NCBI GenBank assembly: GCA_963699755.1
Contig: CAVOVB010000003.1
Span: 288,001-352,000, forward strand
DNA length: 64,000 bases
Source: an uncultured delta proteobacterium
GTDB lineage: Bacteria > Myxococcota_A > Polyangia > Polyangiales > Houyiibacteriaceae
Reading direction: 5' to 3'
Shown here: one piece after another, positions 9,639 through 21,449 of the stretch
How the letters are laid out: each line of letters starts with the position of its first letter
How positions within the stretch are numbered: position 1 is the first letter of the stretch
The notes under the pieces: generated by a model
The model's input: only the letters and a program-made list of their open reading frames with translations
What the model was told of the DNA's origin: nothing
Databases searched by the model: none
Made by a program: the position numbers and the translations under genes

Positions 9639-11600
9639 ATGGGCAGCGAAAGCAGTGCATGGCTCAAGGTGCTCGAGCTGGGGGAGCTTCCCGAGGGTCG
9701 GGTCAAACCTGTCACCTGCGAGCATCGCACGCTCTGCTTGACGCACTTCGAAGGTGAGCTCGCCGCCCTCGACAACAAGTGTCCGCACCAGGGCGGCCCG
9801 CTCGCCGAAGGCTCGATCGAAGGAGGATGGCTGCGTTGCCCTTGGCACGGCTGGGACTTCCACCCGCTCACCGGGAAGCCGCCAGGCGGTTTTGACGACG
9901 GGGTGGAGACCTTTCCGGTTGAAGTCCGCGAAGACGGTGTGTACGTCGCGTTTCCACAGGAACATGTTCACGCGCGAACGAGCAGCGACGTCATGGTCGA
10001 AACGCTCGTCAACTGGGGGGTGCGCTGGGTCTGGGGGATGGTCGGGCACTCGAACCTCGGCTTTGCCGACGCGATGCGGCGGCAGGAAACCAAAGGAGCG
10101 ATCGGGTTCTTCGGCATCCGGCACGAAGGCGCTGCAGCATTTGCCGCGTCGGCGTACGGGAAGCTGACCGGTCGACCCGCCGCCTGTTTCGCGATTGCGG
10201 GCCCGGGCGCTACCAATCTGTTGACGGGGCTCTGGGACGCGCACGTGGATCGTGCGCCCGTGCTTGCCCTCACGGGTCAAGTGCCCACGCATCTCATCGG
10301 ACGCGGTGCCTTCCAAGAGGTGGATCTCGCCGCGGCGTTTGGTGGGGTCGCTAAGTACACCGCGGTGGCGGCCAAGGACTCCAACTTTCCCGAGATCGCG
10401 AGCCTGGCCTGCAAGCACGCGATCATAGAGTGCGGCGTCTCGCACATGGTGTTTCCCGACGACGTGCAGGTCGTCGAAGCAATCGCAGCGAAGGCAGGGT
10501 CGCCTGAAGGACGGATGACGAGGCGAGAGATCGCGCCCCCCGAGGACTCGCTTGAGGACGCGGTGAAGCGAATTTCCGCGGCCAAGCGACCGGTGATCAT
10601 CGTTGGGCACGGTGCCCGTTTCGCGATGGATCCCGTCATCTCGCTAGCGGAACAGCTCCACGCCCCGGTGCTTACGACGTTCAAGGGCAAGGGACTCATC
10701 GCCGATGACCATCCGCTCGGCTGTGGAGTGCTCGGGCGCAGCGGAACTCCTGTGGCGAGCTGGCTCATGAACGAGTCCGACCTGCTGATCGTGTTTGGCG
10801 CCAGCTTTAGCAACCACACCGGCATCACGAGCTACAAGCCGATTGTGCAGGTCGACTACGATCCAATGATGCTCGGCCGGCTTCATTCCGTGACGGTTCC
10901 CGTCTGGGGCGAGATCGGGGTGACGGCGCGACTCATGAGGGAGCGACTCGGCTCAGCTCGTGCGGTCGACCAACGGCCCGACGTTGCGGCGCGCTGGAAG
11001 ATCTGGCGCCACGAGAAGATGCGGCGACTTGGCGAAACGGAGGGAGGCGGTGTGCATTCGGCGGCAATTTTCGCAGCGCTCACGGGGACTGCACCCGAAG
11101 ACGCCATCATCGCGGTGGACGTCGGAAACAACACCTATTCGTTCGGCCGATATTTCGAATGCAAGCGGCAATCTGTCTTGATGAGCGGCTATCTCGGTTC
11201 GATTGGTTTCGGATATCCCGCTGCGATGGGCGCCTGGGCGGCAACCCAGGAGAGCGACCCACGTTTCAGTGGCCGCAAAGTGCTCGCGGTGACGGGCGAC
11301 GGCGGCTTCGGCCAGTACATGGCCGAGTACACGACGGCCGTGAAGTACGGCATGGACATCACACACGTTCTTCTCAACAACAGCGAGCTCGGCAAGATCA
11401 GCAAGGAACAGCGGAGCGCCGACTACGACGTGTGGCAGACCTCGCTCCACAATCCGAGCTTCGCGGAATACGCCGAGCTCTGCGGCGCCTTGGGCCTTCG
11501 CGTGACGCGGGCCGACGAGCTCCAGGGCGCGCTCGCCGAGGCCTTGGCCCATGACGGGCCCGCAACGGTCGAGATTCTGGCGGACGCGCGGCTCATCTAG
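9639..11600 (+). CDS. Rieske 2Fe-2S domain fused to pyruvate oxidase/dehydrogenase-like ThDP enzyme
   Basis: CPHQ..CPWH Rieske ligands; RHEGAA, GPGATN and GDGG..NN ThDP motif. Confidence 0.88.
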   Translation: MGSESSAWLKVLELGELPEGRVKPVTCEHRTLCLTHFEGELAALDNKCPHQGGPLAEGSIEGGWLRCPWHGWDFHPLTGKPPGGFDDGVETFPVEVREDGVYVAFPQEHVHARTSSDVMVETLVNWGVRWVWGMVGHSNLGFADAMRRQETKGAIGFFGIRHEGAAAFAASAYGKLTGRPAACFAIAGPGATNLLTGLWDAHVDRAPVLALTGQVPTHLIGRGAFQEVDLAAAFGGVAKYTAVAAKDSNFPEIASLACKHAIIECGVSHMVFPDDVQVVEAIAAKAGSPEGRMTRREIAPPEDSLEDAVKRISAAKRPVIIVGHGARFAMDPVISLAEQLHAPVLTTFKGKGLIADDHPLGCGVLGRSGTPVASWLMNESDLLIVFGASFSNHTGITSYKPIVQVDYDPMMLGRLHSVTVPVWGEIGVTARLMRERLGSARAVDQRPDVAARWKIWRHEKMRRLGETEGGGVHSAAIFAALTGTAPEDAIIAVDVGNNTYSFGRYFECKRQSVLMSGYLGSIGFGYPAAMGAWAATQESDPRFSGRKVLAVTGDGGFGQYMAEYTTAVKYGMDITHVLLNNSELGKISKEQRSADYDVWQTSLHNPSFAEYAELCGALGLRVTRADELQGALAEALAHDGPATVEILADARLI

Positions 11601-11725
11601 GCGAGGAGCACCAAGAGGTGATCGAGCAGCCACTTGGCGTGCGCAGCTGAAGCGGAACGCTAACAAACCTTCCGAATCGGCGCACGGCCCTTGCACTGCG
11701 CGTTCGAGGCGTGGTGAGATGCACT

Positions 11726-13369
11726 ATGACCGTCACTCCACTTCGCACGCAGAACAGGGTGCCCGTCGCAAAATGGAGCGAGCTCGAGGACCGTACGCCT
11801 GCGTACGCGCTGGTCGCGGGTGTCGACCTCGTCGTGCTTCGCTACGATAGCGAAGCCTCCGTGCTCTACGGCCGCTGCCTGCATCGGGGCGCCCTCATGG
11901 CCGATGCGAAAGTCGAGGGTGACAACCTCATCTGCGGGCTGCACGGCTGGGACTACCGTTACGACACGGGAGTCAGCTCTTACGACAACTCCGAGGTGCT
12001 CCAGAAGTTTCGCGCCTGGATCGACCTCGATGCCGATGCGGTGTTCGTCGACGAATCGGAGATTCGGGCGTGGGCGGAGAGGTTTCCGCAACCCTACGAT
12101 CGCGACGCGTACCTCGGTCTCTATGCCGACGTCCACGGCGCGCCCGAGGAGCCCTTCAATCGGCACATCCAGGAGCTCGCGCGCAACGGTTTGAAGAACG
12201 TGGGGCACGACGGGCCTGTCTCCGCGATGGGCGTGCCGCGCCAGGAGCTCCCCTCCTGGGAAGACGTGTTGATCTTGACGGCGCAGCTGGCCCGCAAGCC
12301 GTTACTCGGTGATGTGCCGGTCGGCTCCGATGTCGTGATCGGCCGCCAAGCCAAGAGGCCGCTCCGTTTAGAGATCCCTCTCTTCGTCAGCGACATGAGC
12401 TTTGGCGCCTTGAGTCGGGAGGCCAAGATAGCACTCTCGAAAGGCGCCGACTTGGCGGGCACCGGCATCTGCTCTGGGGAAGGCGGCATGCTCCCCGACG
12501 AGCAGGCGAGCAACTCGCGCTACTTCTACGAGCTTGCCTCGGGCCGTTTCGGCTGGAGTCTCGACAAGGTGAAGAAGTGCCAGGCGTTTCACTTCAAAGC
12601 GGGGCAGGGCGCCAAGACCGGAACCGGGGGACACCTGCCGGGGAACAAAGTCAGTCCGGAAATCGCCTCTGTGCGCGGGCTCGAGCCAGGGCAGCCCGCG
12701 ATCAGCCCTGCCACCTTTCCCGATCTGAACGGCCCGGCGGATTTCGGCCGCCTTGCGGATGAAGTGCGAGAGCAGACCGGTGGCATTCCGATCGGTTTCA
12801 AGTTGAGTGCGCAGCATATCGAAGACGACATCGACTTCGCGCTCGATGCGGGCGTCGACTACATCATTCTGGACGGCCGGGGCGGAGCGACCGGTGCCGC
12901 GCCGAACGTGTTCAAGAACAACATCTCGGTCCCGACGATGGTCGCCCTGGCGCGGGCACGGCGTCATCTGGATGCGCGCAACCGCCCTGAAGTGACTCTC
13001 GTCATTACCGGAGGTCTTCGAACCGAGAGCGACTTCGTGAAGGCGCTCGCCCTCGGTGCAGATGCCATAGCGGTTTCGAACGCGGCGATTCAAGCCATTG
13101 GCTGCCTCGGAATGCGGGCTTGCCAGACGAACAACTGCCCGGTTGGTATTGCGACCCAGCAAGCGCATCTGCGCGCACGCTTGAACATCGAGCACTCAGC
13201 GCAGCAACTTTGCAACTACTTCAACGCAACGGTGGAGCTGATGAAAGTACTTGCACGCGGCTGCGGTCATGCGCATCTAGGCCAGTTCGAGCTGAATGAC
13301 CTGACGACTTGGAAGCGTGAGATCGCAGACCTGACCGGGATCCGCTACGCCGGCATTGCTTCACCCTGA
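11726..13369 (+). CDS. Rieske domain fused to glutamate synthase-type FMN-binding domain
   Basis: CLHR..CGLH Rieske ligands; MSFGALS, GEGG, QGAKTGTGGHLPG, CLGMRACQTNNCP 3Fe-4S motif; no amidotransferase domain. Confidence 0.88.
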   Translation: MTVTPLRTQNRVPVAKWSELEDRTPAYALVAGVDLVVLRYDSEASVLYGRCLHRGALMADAKVEGDNLICGLHGWDYRYDTGVSSYDNSEVLQKFRAWIDLDADAVFVDESEIRAWAERFPQPYDRDAYLGLYADVHGAPEEPFNRHIQELARNGLKNVGHDGPVSAMGVPRQELPSWEDVLILTAQLARKPLLGDVPVGSDVVIGRQAKRPLRLEIPLFVSDMSFGALSREAKIALSKGADLAGTGICSGEGGMLPDEQASNSRYFYELASGRFGWSLDKVKKCQAFHFKAGQGAKTGTGGHLPGNKVSPEIASVRGLEPGQPAISPATFPDLNGPADFGRLADEVREQTGGIPIGFKLSAQHIEDDIDFALDAGVDYIILDGRGGATGAAPNVFKNNISVPTMVALARARRHLDARNRPEVTLVITGGLRTESDFVKALALGADAIAVSNAAIQAIGCLGMRACQTNNCPVGIATQQAHLRARLNIEHSAQQLCNYFNATVELMKVLARGCGHAHLGQFELNDLTTWKREIADLTGIRYAGIASP

Positions 13370-13487
13370 CTTGGAAGACCCTCGGTGCCGTCGCACCCGT
13401 GAGGCTGTCAGACGCGAGACTGCAATCGGACTGGGCGCGCGAAGTTTTCGTTCGAGCCGCGGCAGCGTCTCGGGAGCTTCTCCGCTC

Positions 13488-14186
13488 CTAGCGGCCGAGC
13501 AGCAGCACGCTGACCCCCGCTGCAATCGCGATCACCTGTGGCCAGCCGGGAAGGGCGGGGTGATCGTGCTCATGCGCCCAATCGTGCGTGACCACGTGCA
13601 ACAAGAGCCCGCTGACGGCTGCCTCGATCCAGGGCTCGCCGCGCGTCCAACTTCCAAGTGCGGTTTGTTGCGCGAGCATGACTCCGATGGTGCCCATCAG
13701 CGCCAGGCCGATCGCGCGTCTGATGCCGCTCCTCGGACCATGCGCAGAGGTGAAGGCGAGAGTGATCAGCGCCGTCACTGGAACGGAGTGGACGGCGATC
13801 GCCGTGAGCACGTCGCCATGGTGATGGCCGACGTGCGCCTCCCCGGTGAACGAGCCAAGCGCCAGTCCGTCGCCGAGCTTGTGGATCATCAGGCCCCAGT
13901 AACTGAGCTCGAGGCCCATCGTCGAGGAGTGATCGTGCTCCGGGTCCTCGTGCGCGGCGCGTTCGATCAGCCAGGGGGCGAGAAAGGCCACGGCAACTGC
14001 GATCAAGACCAGCGGACCACCGGCGCGGAACGCATCGGGAATGAGGCGGCCGACCACGACAGCGACCGAAGAGACGACCGCGAACGTGCGGATCGCGTCG
14101 AGAAGCCTTCCGCGACCAGGAGCGATCAATCCCAGCACGGCGCCCAGGGCGACGGATCCAACGACGATCGAAATCGGCCACAGCAT
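13488..14186 (-). CDS. ZIP-like (metal permease-like) His-rich membrane protein
   Basis: Multiple TM segments; IHKLGDGLALG and IAVHSVP resemble ZIP TM4/TM5; His-rich loops HEDPEHDH, HVGHHH, HEHDH. Confidence 0.6.
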   Translation of the reverse strand: MLWPISIVVGSVALGAVLGLIAPGRGRLLDAIRTFAVVSSVAVVVGRLIPDAFRAGGPLVLIAVAVAFLAPWLIERAAHEDPEHDHSSTMGLELSYWGLMIHKLGDGLALGSFTGEAHVGHHHGDVLTAIAVHSVPVTALITLAFTSAHGPRSGIRRAIGLALMGTIGVMLAQQTALGSWTRGEPWIEAAVSGLLLHVVTHDWAHEHDHPALPGWPQVIAIAAGVSVLLLGR

Positions 14187-14224
14187 CGAGCCGACTTACC
14201 ACACTCGGGGCGATAGGGGCTGCG

Positions 14225-14482
14225 TTAGATGCCGAGCGATTCGGCTTCCTGTGCCGCTTCTTTGGCGAGGTACTCCCGCGCACAGGTCGAACAAGCGATG
14301 ACTTCTTTCGCAATTTCGTAGCCCGCGCCGCCCGGATCGTCCTGGCCCCTCGACCGGCTGGCGGTGCGACCCTTCTGTGCTTTGCCGCGGCTCGGGTACT
14401 CGGCGGGCCGGCGCTCCGTCACCACCTTCGTCGCCCGCTCTCCGGGGCGCGACACTCGATTGCAAAGCTCACATCGGTACAT
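14225..14482 (-). CDS. Small hypothetical protein with two CxxC motifs (putative Zn ribbon)
   Basis: MYRCELC...CSTC; GAGGAG RBS upstream. Confidence 0.75.
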   Translation of the reverse strand: MYRCELCNRVSRPGERATKVVTERRPAEYPSRGKAQKGRTASRSRGQDDPGGAGYEIAKEVIACSTCAREYLAKEAAQEAESLGI

Positions 14483-14550
14483 TCAGGGACTCCTCGTTCT
14501 GCGAGCGGGCGGTTTGGCACATGGGTCGAGCCCGGGCAAGCGGGCGGGCG

Positions 14551-15576
<1,026 letters not shown>

Positions 15577-15589
15577 CTAGAACCCGTGC

Positions 15590-16429
15590 GTGAGAATCGG
15601 GGTTTTGGCGCTGGCTGTGTCGCTCTTGGTTGCAGCCTGTTCGACGACGATGACGGGGCGCAAGCAGCTCACCCTCATCAATGACGACAAGATGGACGCG
15701 ATGGGCATCGCCGCGTTTGCCAGCTTGAAAAAGGAAGGCAAGCTCAGCCACGATCAGGCGCTCAACGCGTACGTGGGCTGCGTCGCGGCCGCGATCGTGA
15801 AGGTCGTGCCGAAGGAGCACGGCCCCAGCAATGGCCGCTGGGAGGTCCTGGTCTTCGACGACCCCACTCCCAACGCGTTCGCGCTGCCCGGGGGTAAAAT
15901 CGGCGTCCACACCGGAATGCTCGACGTGGCAACGACACCAGGGCAGCTCGCCGCAGTGATCGGCCACGAAGTAAGCCATGTCCTGTTGCGCCATGGCAAC
16001 GAGCGCATGTCGCAGTCCATTCTCGCGGACACTGCCTTGAACACCGCCTCGATCGCGGCTGGCGCGGCCACGCCCGAGTACCACGACCTGATCGTCGGTG
16101 GGCTCGGGGTCGGCGCCCAGTTCGGCGTGCTCTTGCCGTTCAGCCGAAAGCACGAGAGCGAAGCCGACGAGGTCGGGCAGATCTTCATGGCCCAGGCTGG
16201 CTTCTACCCAGCCGAGGCGATCACGCTATGGCAGGCGATGGCGCAGTCGGGTGGCAAGGGGCCGGCTCAATGGCAGTCCACCCACCCTTCGGACGAGACT
16301 CGCATTCAACGTCTCCGCGCCAACCTTCCCAAGGCAATGAAGGAATACGAAAAGGCCCTGAAAGCCGGCAGGCGACCCCAGTGCAAGCGGCCGCCCGACG
16401 AATGGGTGAGCCCAGAGGCACTTCCTTAG
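15590..16429 (+). CDS. M48 family metallopeptidase lipoprotein
   Basis: Lipobox VAAC, NAFALPGG, HEVSH, FSRKHESEAD, STHP. Confidence 0.92.
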   Translation: MRIGVLALAVSLLVAACSTTMTGRKQLTLINDDKMDAMGIAAFASLKKEGKLSHDQALNAYVGCVAAAIVKVVPKEHGPSNGRWEVLVFDDPTPNAFALPGGKIGVHTGMLDVATTPGQLAAVIGHEVSHVLLRHGNERMSQSILADTALNTASIAAGAATPEYHDLIVGGLGVGAQFGVLLPFSRKHESEADEVGQIFMAQAGFYPAEAITLWQAMAQSGGKGPAQWQSTHPSDETRIQRLRANLPKAMKEYEKALKAGRRPQCKRPPDEWVSPEALP

Positions 16430-16432
16430 CGC

Positions 16433-17317
16433 TCAGTCGTTTCGCTGGATGAAGGCAGCCACTGCTTCGCCGATCTCGGCGGGCGAATCCTCTTGAATGA
16501 AGTGAAGCCCCTCCACCGTGATCTCCTCTTGATTTGGGAGTTGGCGCGCGAACTCCCGTTGTTCCCCGATCAAGATGGTGCCCGGGTTGGCGTTGATGAA
16601 GAGCTTCGGCGGTGAATCGCTCGATTGCAGCCACCTTGAATAGTCTTCGGAGATCTCGTGGACGTCGTTGGGCTCACCGCCGATTGGGATCTGCCGCGGC
16701 CAGGTGAGGGTGGGTCGACGTGACTCTCCGGGCTCGACGAAGCGCGCGCGGTAGCGGTCCATCTCCTCTTCGCTGAGCGTTCGGATGATCGAGGCCGGCA
16801 GGATGCGCTCGACGAAGACGTTCTTCTGCAAGATGATCTCTTCGCCTGCCGGGGATCGCATCGCTTGGAAAATCTTTCGTGCGGGCTCGGCCCATTCGTC
16901 CCAGCTCCGGAGCGGGCGGACGATGGCCTCCATGTACGCGATGCCCAAGACCCTATCCGGGTGTCGGTGGGCCCAGTGGAAGCCGAGCCCCGAGCCCCAA
17001 TCGTGAATCACGAGGAAGATGGGTGTGTCGCCAAGCACCGCGTCGAACCAAGCATCGAGGTAGCGACGATGATCGACGAAGCGATACCCGCTCGAGCTTT
17101 CACCCGACTCGCCCATGCCGACGAGATCGGGGGCGAGACAGCGCGCGATCGGAGCGACCTCTTTGATCACGTTGCGCCATAGGTAGGACGATGTTGGATT
17201 GCCGTGGAGGAACACCGCGATGGGGCCGTCTCCGCCCGTGTCCACGTAGCAGATCTCGCTGTCTTTGACCGCCACGCGTTTTCTCGGGTGGGGGTCTTCG
17301 GCTGAGATGGCACTCAT
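16433..17317 (-). CDS. Haloalkane dehalogenase (HLD-II, DhaA/LinB-like)
   Basis: HGNPTSSYLWR, IHDWG nucleophile, YMEAIV acid, GLHFIQED base. Confidence 0.92.
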   Translation of the reverse strand: MSAISAEDPHPRKRVAVKDSEICYVDTGGDGPIAVFLHGNPTSSYLWRNVIKEVAPIARCLAPDLVGMGESGESSSGYRFVDHRRYLDAWFDAVLGDTPIFLVIHDWGSGLGFHWAHRHPDRVLGIAYMEAIVRPLRSWDEWAEPARKIFQAMRSPAGEEIILQKNVFVERILPASIIRTLSEEEMDRYRARFVEPGESRRPTLTWPRQIPIGGEPNDVHEISEDYSRWLQSSDSPPKLFINANPGTILIGEQREFARQLPNQEEITVEGLHFIQEDSPAEIGEAVAAFIQRND

Positions 17318-17334
17318 GGTGTATAGTCCGACGA

Positions 17335-18216
17335 ATGACCGCGACCCGCAAATGGAGCGCGCCGACGAGCGAATACTTGGTTCCCTTCGACGGCAGCTTT
17401 CGAATCGCCGAGGCACCAACGACCCCTCCTGGGAAAGTCGACAAGGACGCCGCAGAAGCCGCGCGCCAGCAGGACACCGCCGAGATCGGCCAGCTTCAGA
17501 GGAAGCTCTACGCGGACAATCGATACGCCGCGCTCTTCGTGTTCCAGGCGATGGATGCCGGTGGGAAGGACAGCACGATTCGGAACGTGTTCACCGGCGT
17601 GAACCCTGCGGGTTTTCAAGTCTCATCCTTCAAAGCCCCCTCCGACGAGGAGCTCGACCATGATTTCCTCTGGCGGGTCGCCGCGCAGTTGCCCGAGCGC
17701 GGGCGGATCGGTGTCTTCAATCGTAGCCACTATGAAGAAGTGTTGGTAGTGCGAGTGCACCCCGAGCTCCTCGGTGGCCAGCGGCTACCCAACCCGAATC
17801 TCGAGACTCTATGGAGCGAACGCTACGAATCGATTCGCAACTTCGAGAAACACATCGCCGAAAATGGCACGATCATCGTGAAGTTCTTCCTCAACGTCTC
17901 TTTGGAAGAGCAGAAAGACCGCTTGCTTCAGCGAATCGACAAGCCGAGTCGGAATTGGAAGTTCAATCCTGGCGACGTCAAAGAGCGAGAGCGATGGCCG
18001 GACTACATGCGCGCGTTCGAAGACGCCCTCAACGAAACTTCGCGTCCCTGGGCGCCATGGTATGCGATCCCCGCCGACAGCAAGCCCTATATGCGCCTCG
18101 AGGTAGCCCGGATCGTCCGCGAGACGCTGCAGAGTCTCGGCCTGGGATATCCGAAGATCGACGAAGCGGCACGCCTGGCCCTTCTCGAATGTCGCGAGGC
18201 CCTCGAACGATCATGA
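17335..18216 (+). CDS. ppk2: Polyphosphate kinase 2 family (class III-like)
   Basis: QAMDAGGKD Walker A, FKAPS, FNRSHYEEVL, WK..D..ER..W lid. Confidence 0.9.
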   Translation: MTATRKWSAPTSEYLVPFDGSFRIAEAPTTPPGKVDKDAAEAARQQDTAEIGQLQRKLYADNRYAALFVFQAMDAGGKDSTIRNVFTGVNPAGFQVSSFKAPSDEELDHDFLWRVAAQLPERGRIGVFNRSHYEEVLVVRVHPELLGGQRLPNPNLETLWSERYESIRNFEKHIAENGTIIVKFFLNVSLEEQKDRLLQRIDKPSRNWKFNPGDVKERERWPDYMRAFEDALNETSRPWAPWYAIPADSKPYMRLEVARIVRETLQSLGLGYPKIDEAARLALLECREALERS

Positions 18217-19019
18217 CCGCGGCGCCGCCAATCGTCTTGACGGTTGCGGGCTCCGACCCTTCGGGCGGTGCGGGGCTCCAGGCAGACCTCAAGACGATCC
18301 AGCAGCACGGCGCCTACGGTGCAGCGGTGCCGACCCTGATCACGGTGCAGGACAGCCGCGGGGTCGAGCGGGTCGAGCTCCTCCCCGCGGATCTCATTCA
18401 GGCGCAGATTTCGACCGTGCTCGAGGATATGGAGCCCGCCGCGGCCAAGACAGGCGCGCTCGGCTCGCCGGAGGTGACCCGGCTTCTTGGCTCCATCATG
18501 GAGGGCACCAGGTTCGGCTGGTTGATCGACCCGGTTTGGTTTCCGAGCCGGGGCGCGCCGCTGTCGAAGGGAGACGTGGTCGAAGCCTACAAGGACACGC
18601 TCATCCCCCGTGCAGCGTTGGTCACCCCGAACGCGCAGGAGGCCGCCCTGCTCGCCGAGATGCCGGTGCGAACCCTCGACGACGCCGGCCGAGCGGCCGA
18701 GCGGATCGCGGCGCTTGGGGCCTCTGCGGTTCTCGTCAAAGGGGGTCACCTCGAAGGCGCCGACCGAGGCACCGATCTGCTCCTACACGAAGGAGGGGTG
18801 CAGCTGCTCCGCGCCGCCCAGCTGGTCCCTGGCCGGTTTCACGGAACCGGCTGTGCGCTCTCTGCGTCGATCGCGTCTCGACTGGCGTTCGGGGCGCCGC
18901 TGCCAGCGGCCGTGCAGGGCGCCAAGGCTTGGCTCGGCGGTGCGCTTGCCCATGCTTTCGCCGTTGGGAAGGGAGCCAAGCCCGTCAATCATCTCTGGCC
19001 GCTGGACGAGAAACCTTAG
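18213..19019 (+). CDS. thiD: Hydroxymethylpyrimidine/phosphomethylpyrimidine kinase
   Basis: AGSDPSGGAGLQADLKT, TPN, KGGH, HGTGCALS; ATGA overlap with ppk2. Confidence 0.93.
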   Translation: MTAAPPIVLTVAGSDPSGGAGLQADLKTIQQHGAYGAAVPTLITVQDSRGVERVELLPADLIQAQISTVLEDMEPAAAKTGALGSPEVTRLLGSIMEGTRFGWLIDPVWFPSRGAPLSKGDVVEAYKDTLIPRAALVTPNAQEAALLAEMPVRTLDDAGRAAERIAALGASAVLVKGGHLEGADRGTDLLLHEGGVQLLRAAQLVPGRFHGTGCALSASIASRLAFGAPLPAAVQGAKAWLGGALAHAFAVGKGAKPVNHLWPLDEKP

Positions 19020-19094
19020 TTCTTTTCGAAGTTTTGCGAACGCAATAGTTGCCCCGGCTTTTGCGAGGCTGCTACATGCGAGCAGGTTTTTAGG

Positions 19095-21449
19095 ATGGCG
19101 CGGCGTCGCAAGAAGAAGGGGGCTCCGCAGATTGAGCTCCCCATGGATAGCATCGAGGACGCATCGCTCGTCGTCGAAGCGCAGCGCCGATACCTCAACT
19201 ATGCTCTGAGCGTCATCACCTCGCGCGCACTGCCCGACGTGCGTGACGGGCTGAAGCCGGTCCAGCGGCGAATCCTTTACACCATGTACAACGAGCTCCG
19301 TCTCAGGAGCGACGTCAAGCATCGGAAGTCGGCGGCCATCGTCGGCGACGTGATGGGCAAATTTCACCCACATGGCGACACGGCGATCTACGATGCCCTG
19401 GTCCGCATGGCGCAGTCGTTCACCATGCGGGAGCCGCTGGTCGACGGGCGAGGCAACTTCGGTTCGCCAGACGGCGATTCGGCGGCGGCGATGCGCTACA
19501 CCGAAGCTCGGCTCCACAAGCTCGCGGACGAGCTCCTGGTCGAGCTTGCCAAAAAGACCGTCGCCTTCCGACCGAACTACGACGGCCGGCTCTTCGAGCC
19601 CATCGTCCTGCCTGCGCGCTTTCCGAACCTGCTGGTCAATGGCTCGCAGGGCATTGCAGTTGGAATGGCAACCTCGATTCCACCTCATAATTTGTCGGAG
19701 GTAATTCAGGCCTGCGTGGGGCTTATCGACGGAGACCTCAGTACCCAGCAGTTGATGAAGTTCGTGAAGGGGCCCGACTTCCCGACCGGTGGCGAGCTGA
19801 TCAGCAGCAAGGCGGAGCTAACCTCGGCCTACGAGAGCGGGCAAGGCTCGCTCAAGCTCCGCGGGGAGTGGAAGACCGAGAAGCCCCGAAGCGGCAATCC
19901 TACGATCGTGATTCACTCGATCCCTTACTCGGTCGAACGCAGCACGGTCGTCGAGAAGATCGCCGAGGTGATCATCGCGAAGAAGCTGCCGGGCTTGCTC
20001 GACGTGCGGGACGAGAGCACGGACGACTGCCGGATCGTCTGCGAGATGAAGAAGGACGCCGACCCGCAGCTCATCATGGCGTACCTCTACAAGAACACGC
20101 CGCTTCAAACCAACGTCCAGGTGAACCTTACGTGCTTGGTTCCGACCTCGAACCCCCAGGTGGCTGCGCCGCAGCGCATCGGCCTCAAGGCCATCCTTCG
20201 GCACTTCCTAGACTTTCGAATGGAAGTGGTCACCAAGCGGCTCGAGTTCGAGCTCGACCAGCTCCTCAAGCGCATCCACCTCCTCGAAGGCTTCGTCACC
20301 ATCTTCGACGCGCTCGACGAAGCGATCCGGATCATCCGTCAGTCGGAGGGCAAACAAGATGCGGCCCAGAAGCTGATCAAGCGTTTCAACCTCGACGAGC
20401 TGCAGGTAGACGCGATCCTAGAGCTCAAGCTCTACCGGCTGGCAAAGCTACAAATCCTCGAGATTCGGTCCGAGCTCGAGCAGAAACAAAAGGAAGCTCG
20501 CCGGGTGCAAAAGCTGCTCAAGAGCCCTGCCGCGCGCTGGAAGCTGTTGCGCGCCGAGCTCCAGGAGCTGGCCTCGCAGTATGCCGACCCGCGCCGCACA
20601 CGCATCACGGCCAAGCTGGACGAGCCCGAGTTCGACGCCGAGGCGTTCATCGTCGAAGAGGACGCAATGGTCGTCGTCACCGAGCAGGGCTGGGTCAAGC
20701 GTCAGCAGCGCGTGAAGGACGTGGCCTCGACTCGGGTCCGAATGGGCGACCGCGTCCTGGCGGTTCTGGCTGGGTCGACCAAGAGCACGGTCGGCTTCTT
20801 CAGTAGCCACGGGGTCTGCTACGTCAGCCGCATCGTCGATATCGCGGCGACGACCGGTCACGGCATTCCTCTGCAGACCATGTTCAAGATGGCGGACGGG
20901 GAGCGAATCGTCGGCGCGATGGGCTTCGACCCACGTTTCCTAGAGGTGCCGCCCCCAGACGAGGACTCGGAGGAGCCCGAGGAGCCCTACGCCATCGCGG
21001 TCACTCGAGGCGGGCTTGCCCTGCGCTTCTCGCTTCGCGGGCATCGAGAGCCGTCCACGCGTTCGGGCAGGAAGTTCACCCGGCCCAAGCAGGGGGATGA
21101 GGTGATCTACGTGGCGCCCGTCTTCGCAGAGGACTGCGTGGCTTGCGTGACCAAGCAGCGCCGTACCCTGATCTGCGAAGCGGATGACGTCTCATTGCTC
21201 GCCGGCGCAGGGCGTGGCGTGATGCTGATCAAGTTGGCTAAGGATGACGAGGTCGTGGCGGCGCGGGTCCTCTCCTATGATGATGACGTGCTGATCGCCA
21301 AGCGTGACGGCGGGAGCGAGTATCGCATCACGCTGCGCAAGTACGAGATCGTCTCGCGGGGCGGGAAGGGCTTTCAGCTCTTCACCCGGGGCTCGGTCGA
21401 AGGCGAAGTCTACCAAGAACCCGAGATTCCCATGTTCCCGGAGGAGTAG
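19095..21449 (+). CDS. Type IIA topoisomerase subunit A (topo IV/ParC-like)
   Basis: [29 protein letters not shown] catalytic Tyr; no canonical GyrA box at the start of the C-terminal domain. Confidence 0.93.
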   Translation: MARRRKKKGAPQIELPMDSIEDASLVVEAQRRYLNYALSVITSRALPDVRDGLKPVQRRILYTMYNELRLRSDVKHRKSAAIVGDVMGKFHPHGDTAIYDALVRMAQSFTMREPLVDGRGNFGSPDGDSAAAMRYTEARLHKLADELLVELAKKTVAFRPNYDGRLFEPIVLPARFPNLLVNGSQGIAVGMATSIPPHNLSEVIQACVGLIDGDLSTQQLMKFVKGPDFPTGGELISSKAELTSAYESGQGSLKLRGEWKTEKPRSGNPTIVIHSIPYSVERSTVVEKIAEVIIAKKLPGLLDVRDESTDDCRIVCEMKKDADPQLIMAYLYKNTPLQTNVQVNLTCLVPTSNPQVAAPQRIGLKAILRHFLDFRMEVVTKRLEFELDQLLKRIHLLEGFVTIFDALDEAIRIIRQSEGKQDAAQKLIKRFNLDELQVDAILELKLYRLAKLQILEIRSELEQKQKEARRVQKLLKSPAARWKLLRAELQELASQYADPRRTRITAKLDEPEFDAEAFIVEEDAMVVVTEQGWVKRQQRVKDVASTRVRMGDRVLAVLAGSTKSTVGFFSSHGVCYVSRIVDIAATTGHGIPLQTMFKMADGERIVGAMGFDPRFLEVPPPDEDSEEPEEPYAIAVTRGGLALRFSLRGHREPSTRSGRKFTRPKQGDEVIYVAPVFAEDCVACVTKQRRTLICEADDVSLLAGAGRGVMLIKLAKDDEVVAARVLSYDDDVLIAKRDGGSEYRITLRKYEIVSRGGKGFQLFTRGSVEGEVYQEPEIPMFPEE

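Noticed and set aside
13370..13487. Possible structured RNA between convergent genes
   Set aside because: Only short GC-rich stems, compatible with chance; no similarity to the TIR element
17335..19019. ppk2-thiD coupling as a polyphosphate-driven thiamine salvage pathway
   Set aside because: Only adjacency supports it; both genes look canonical
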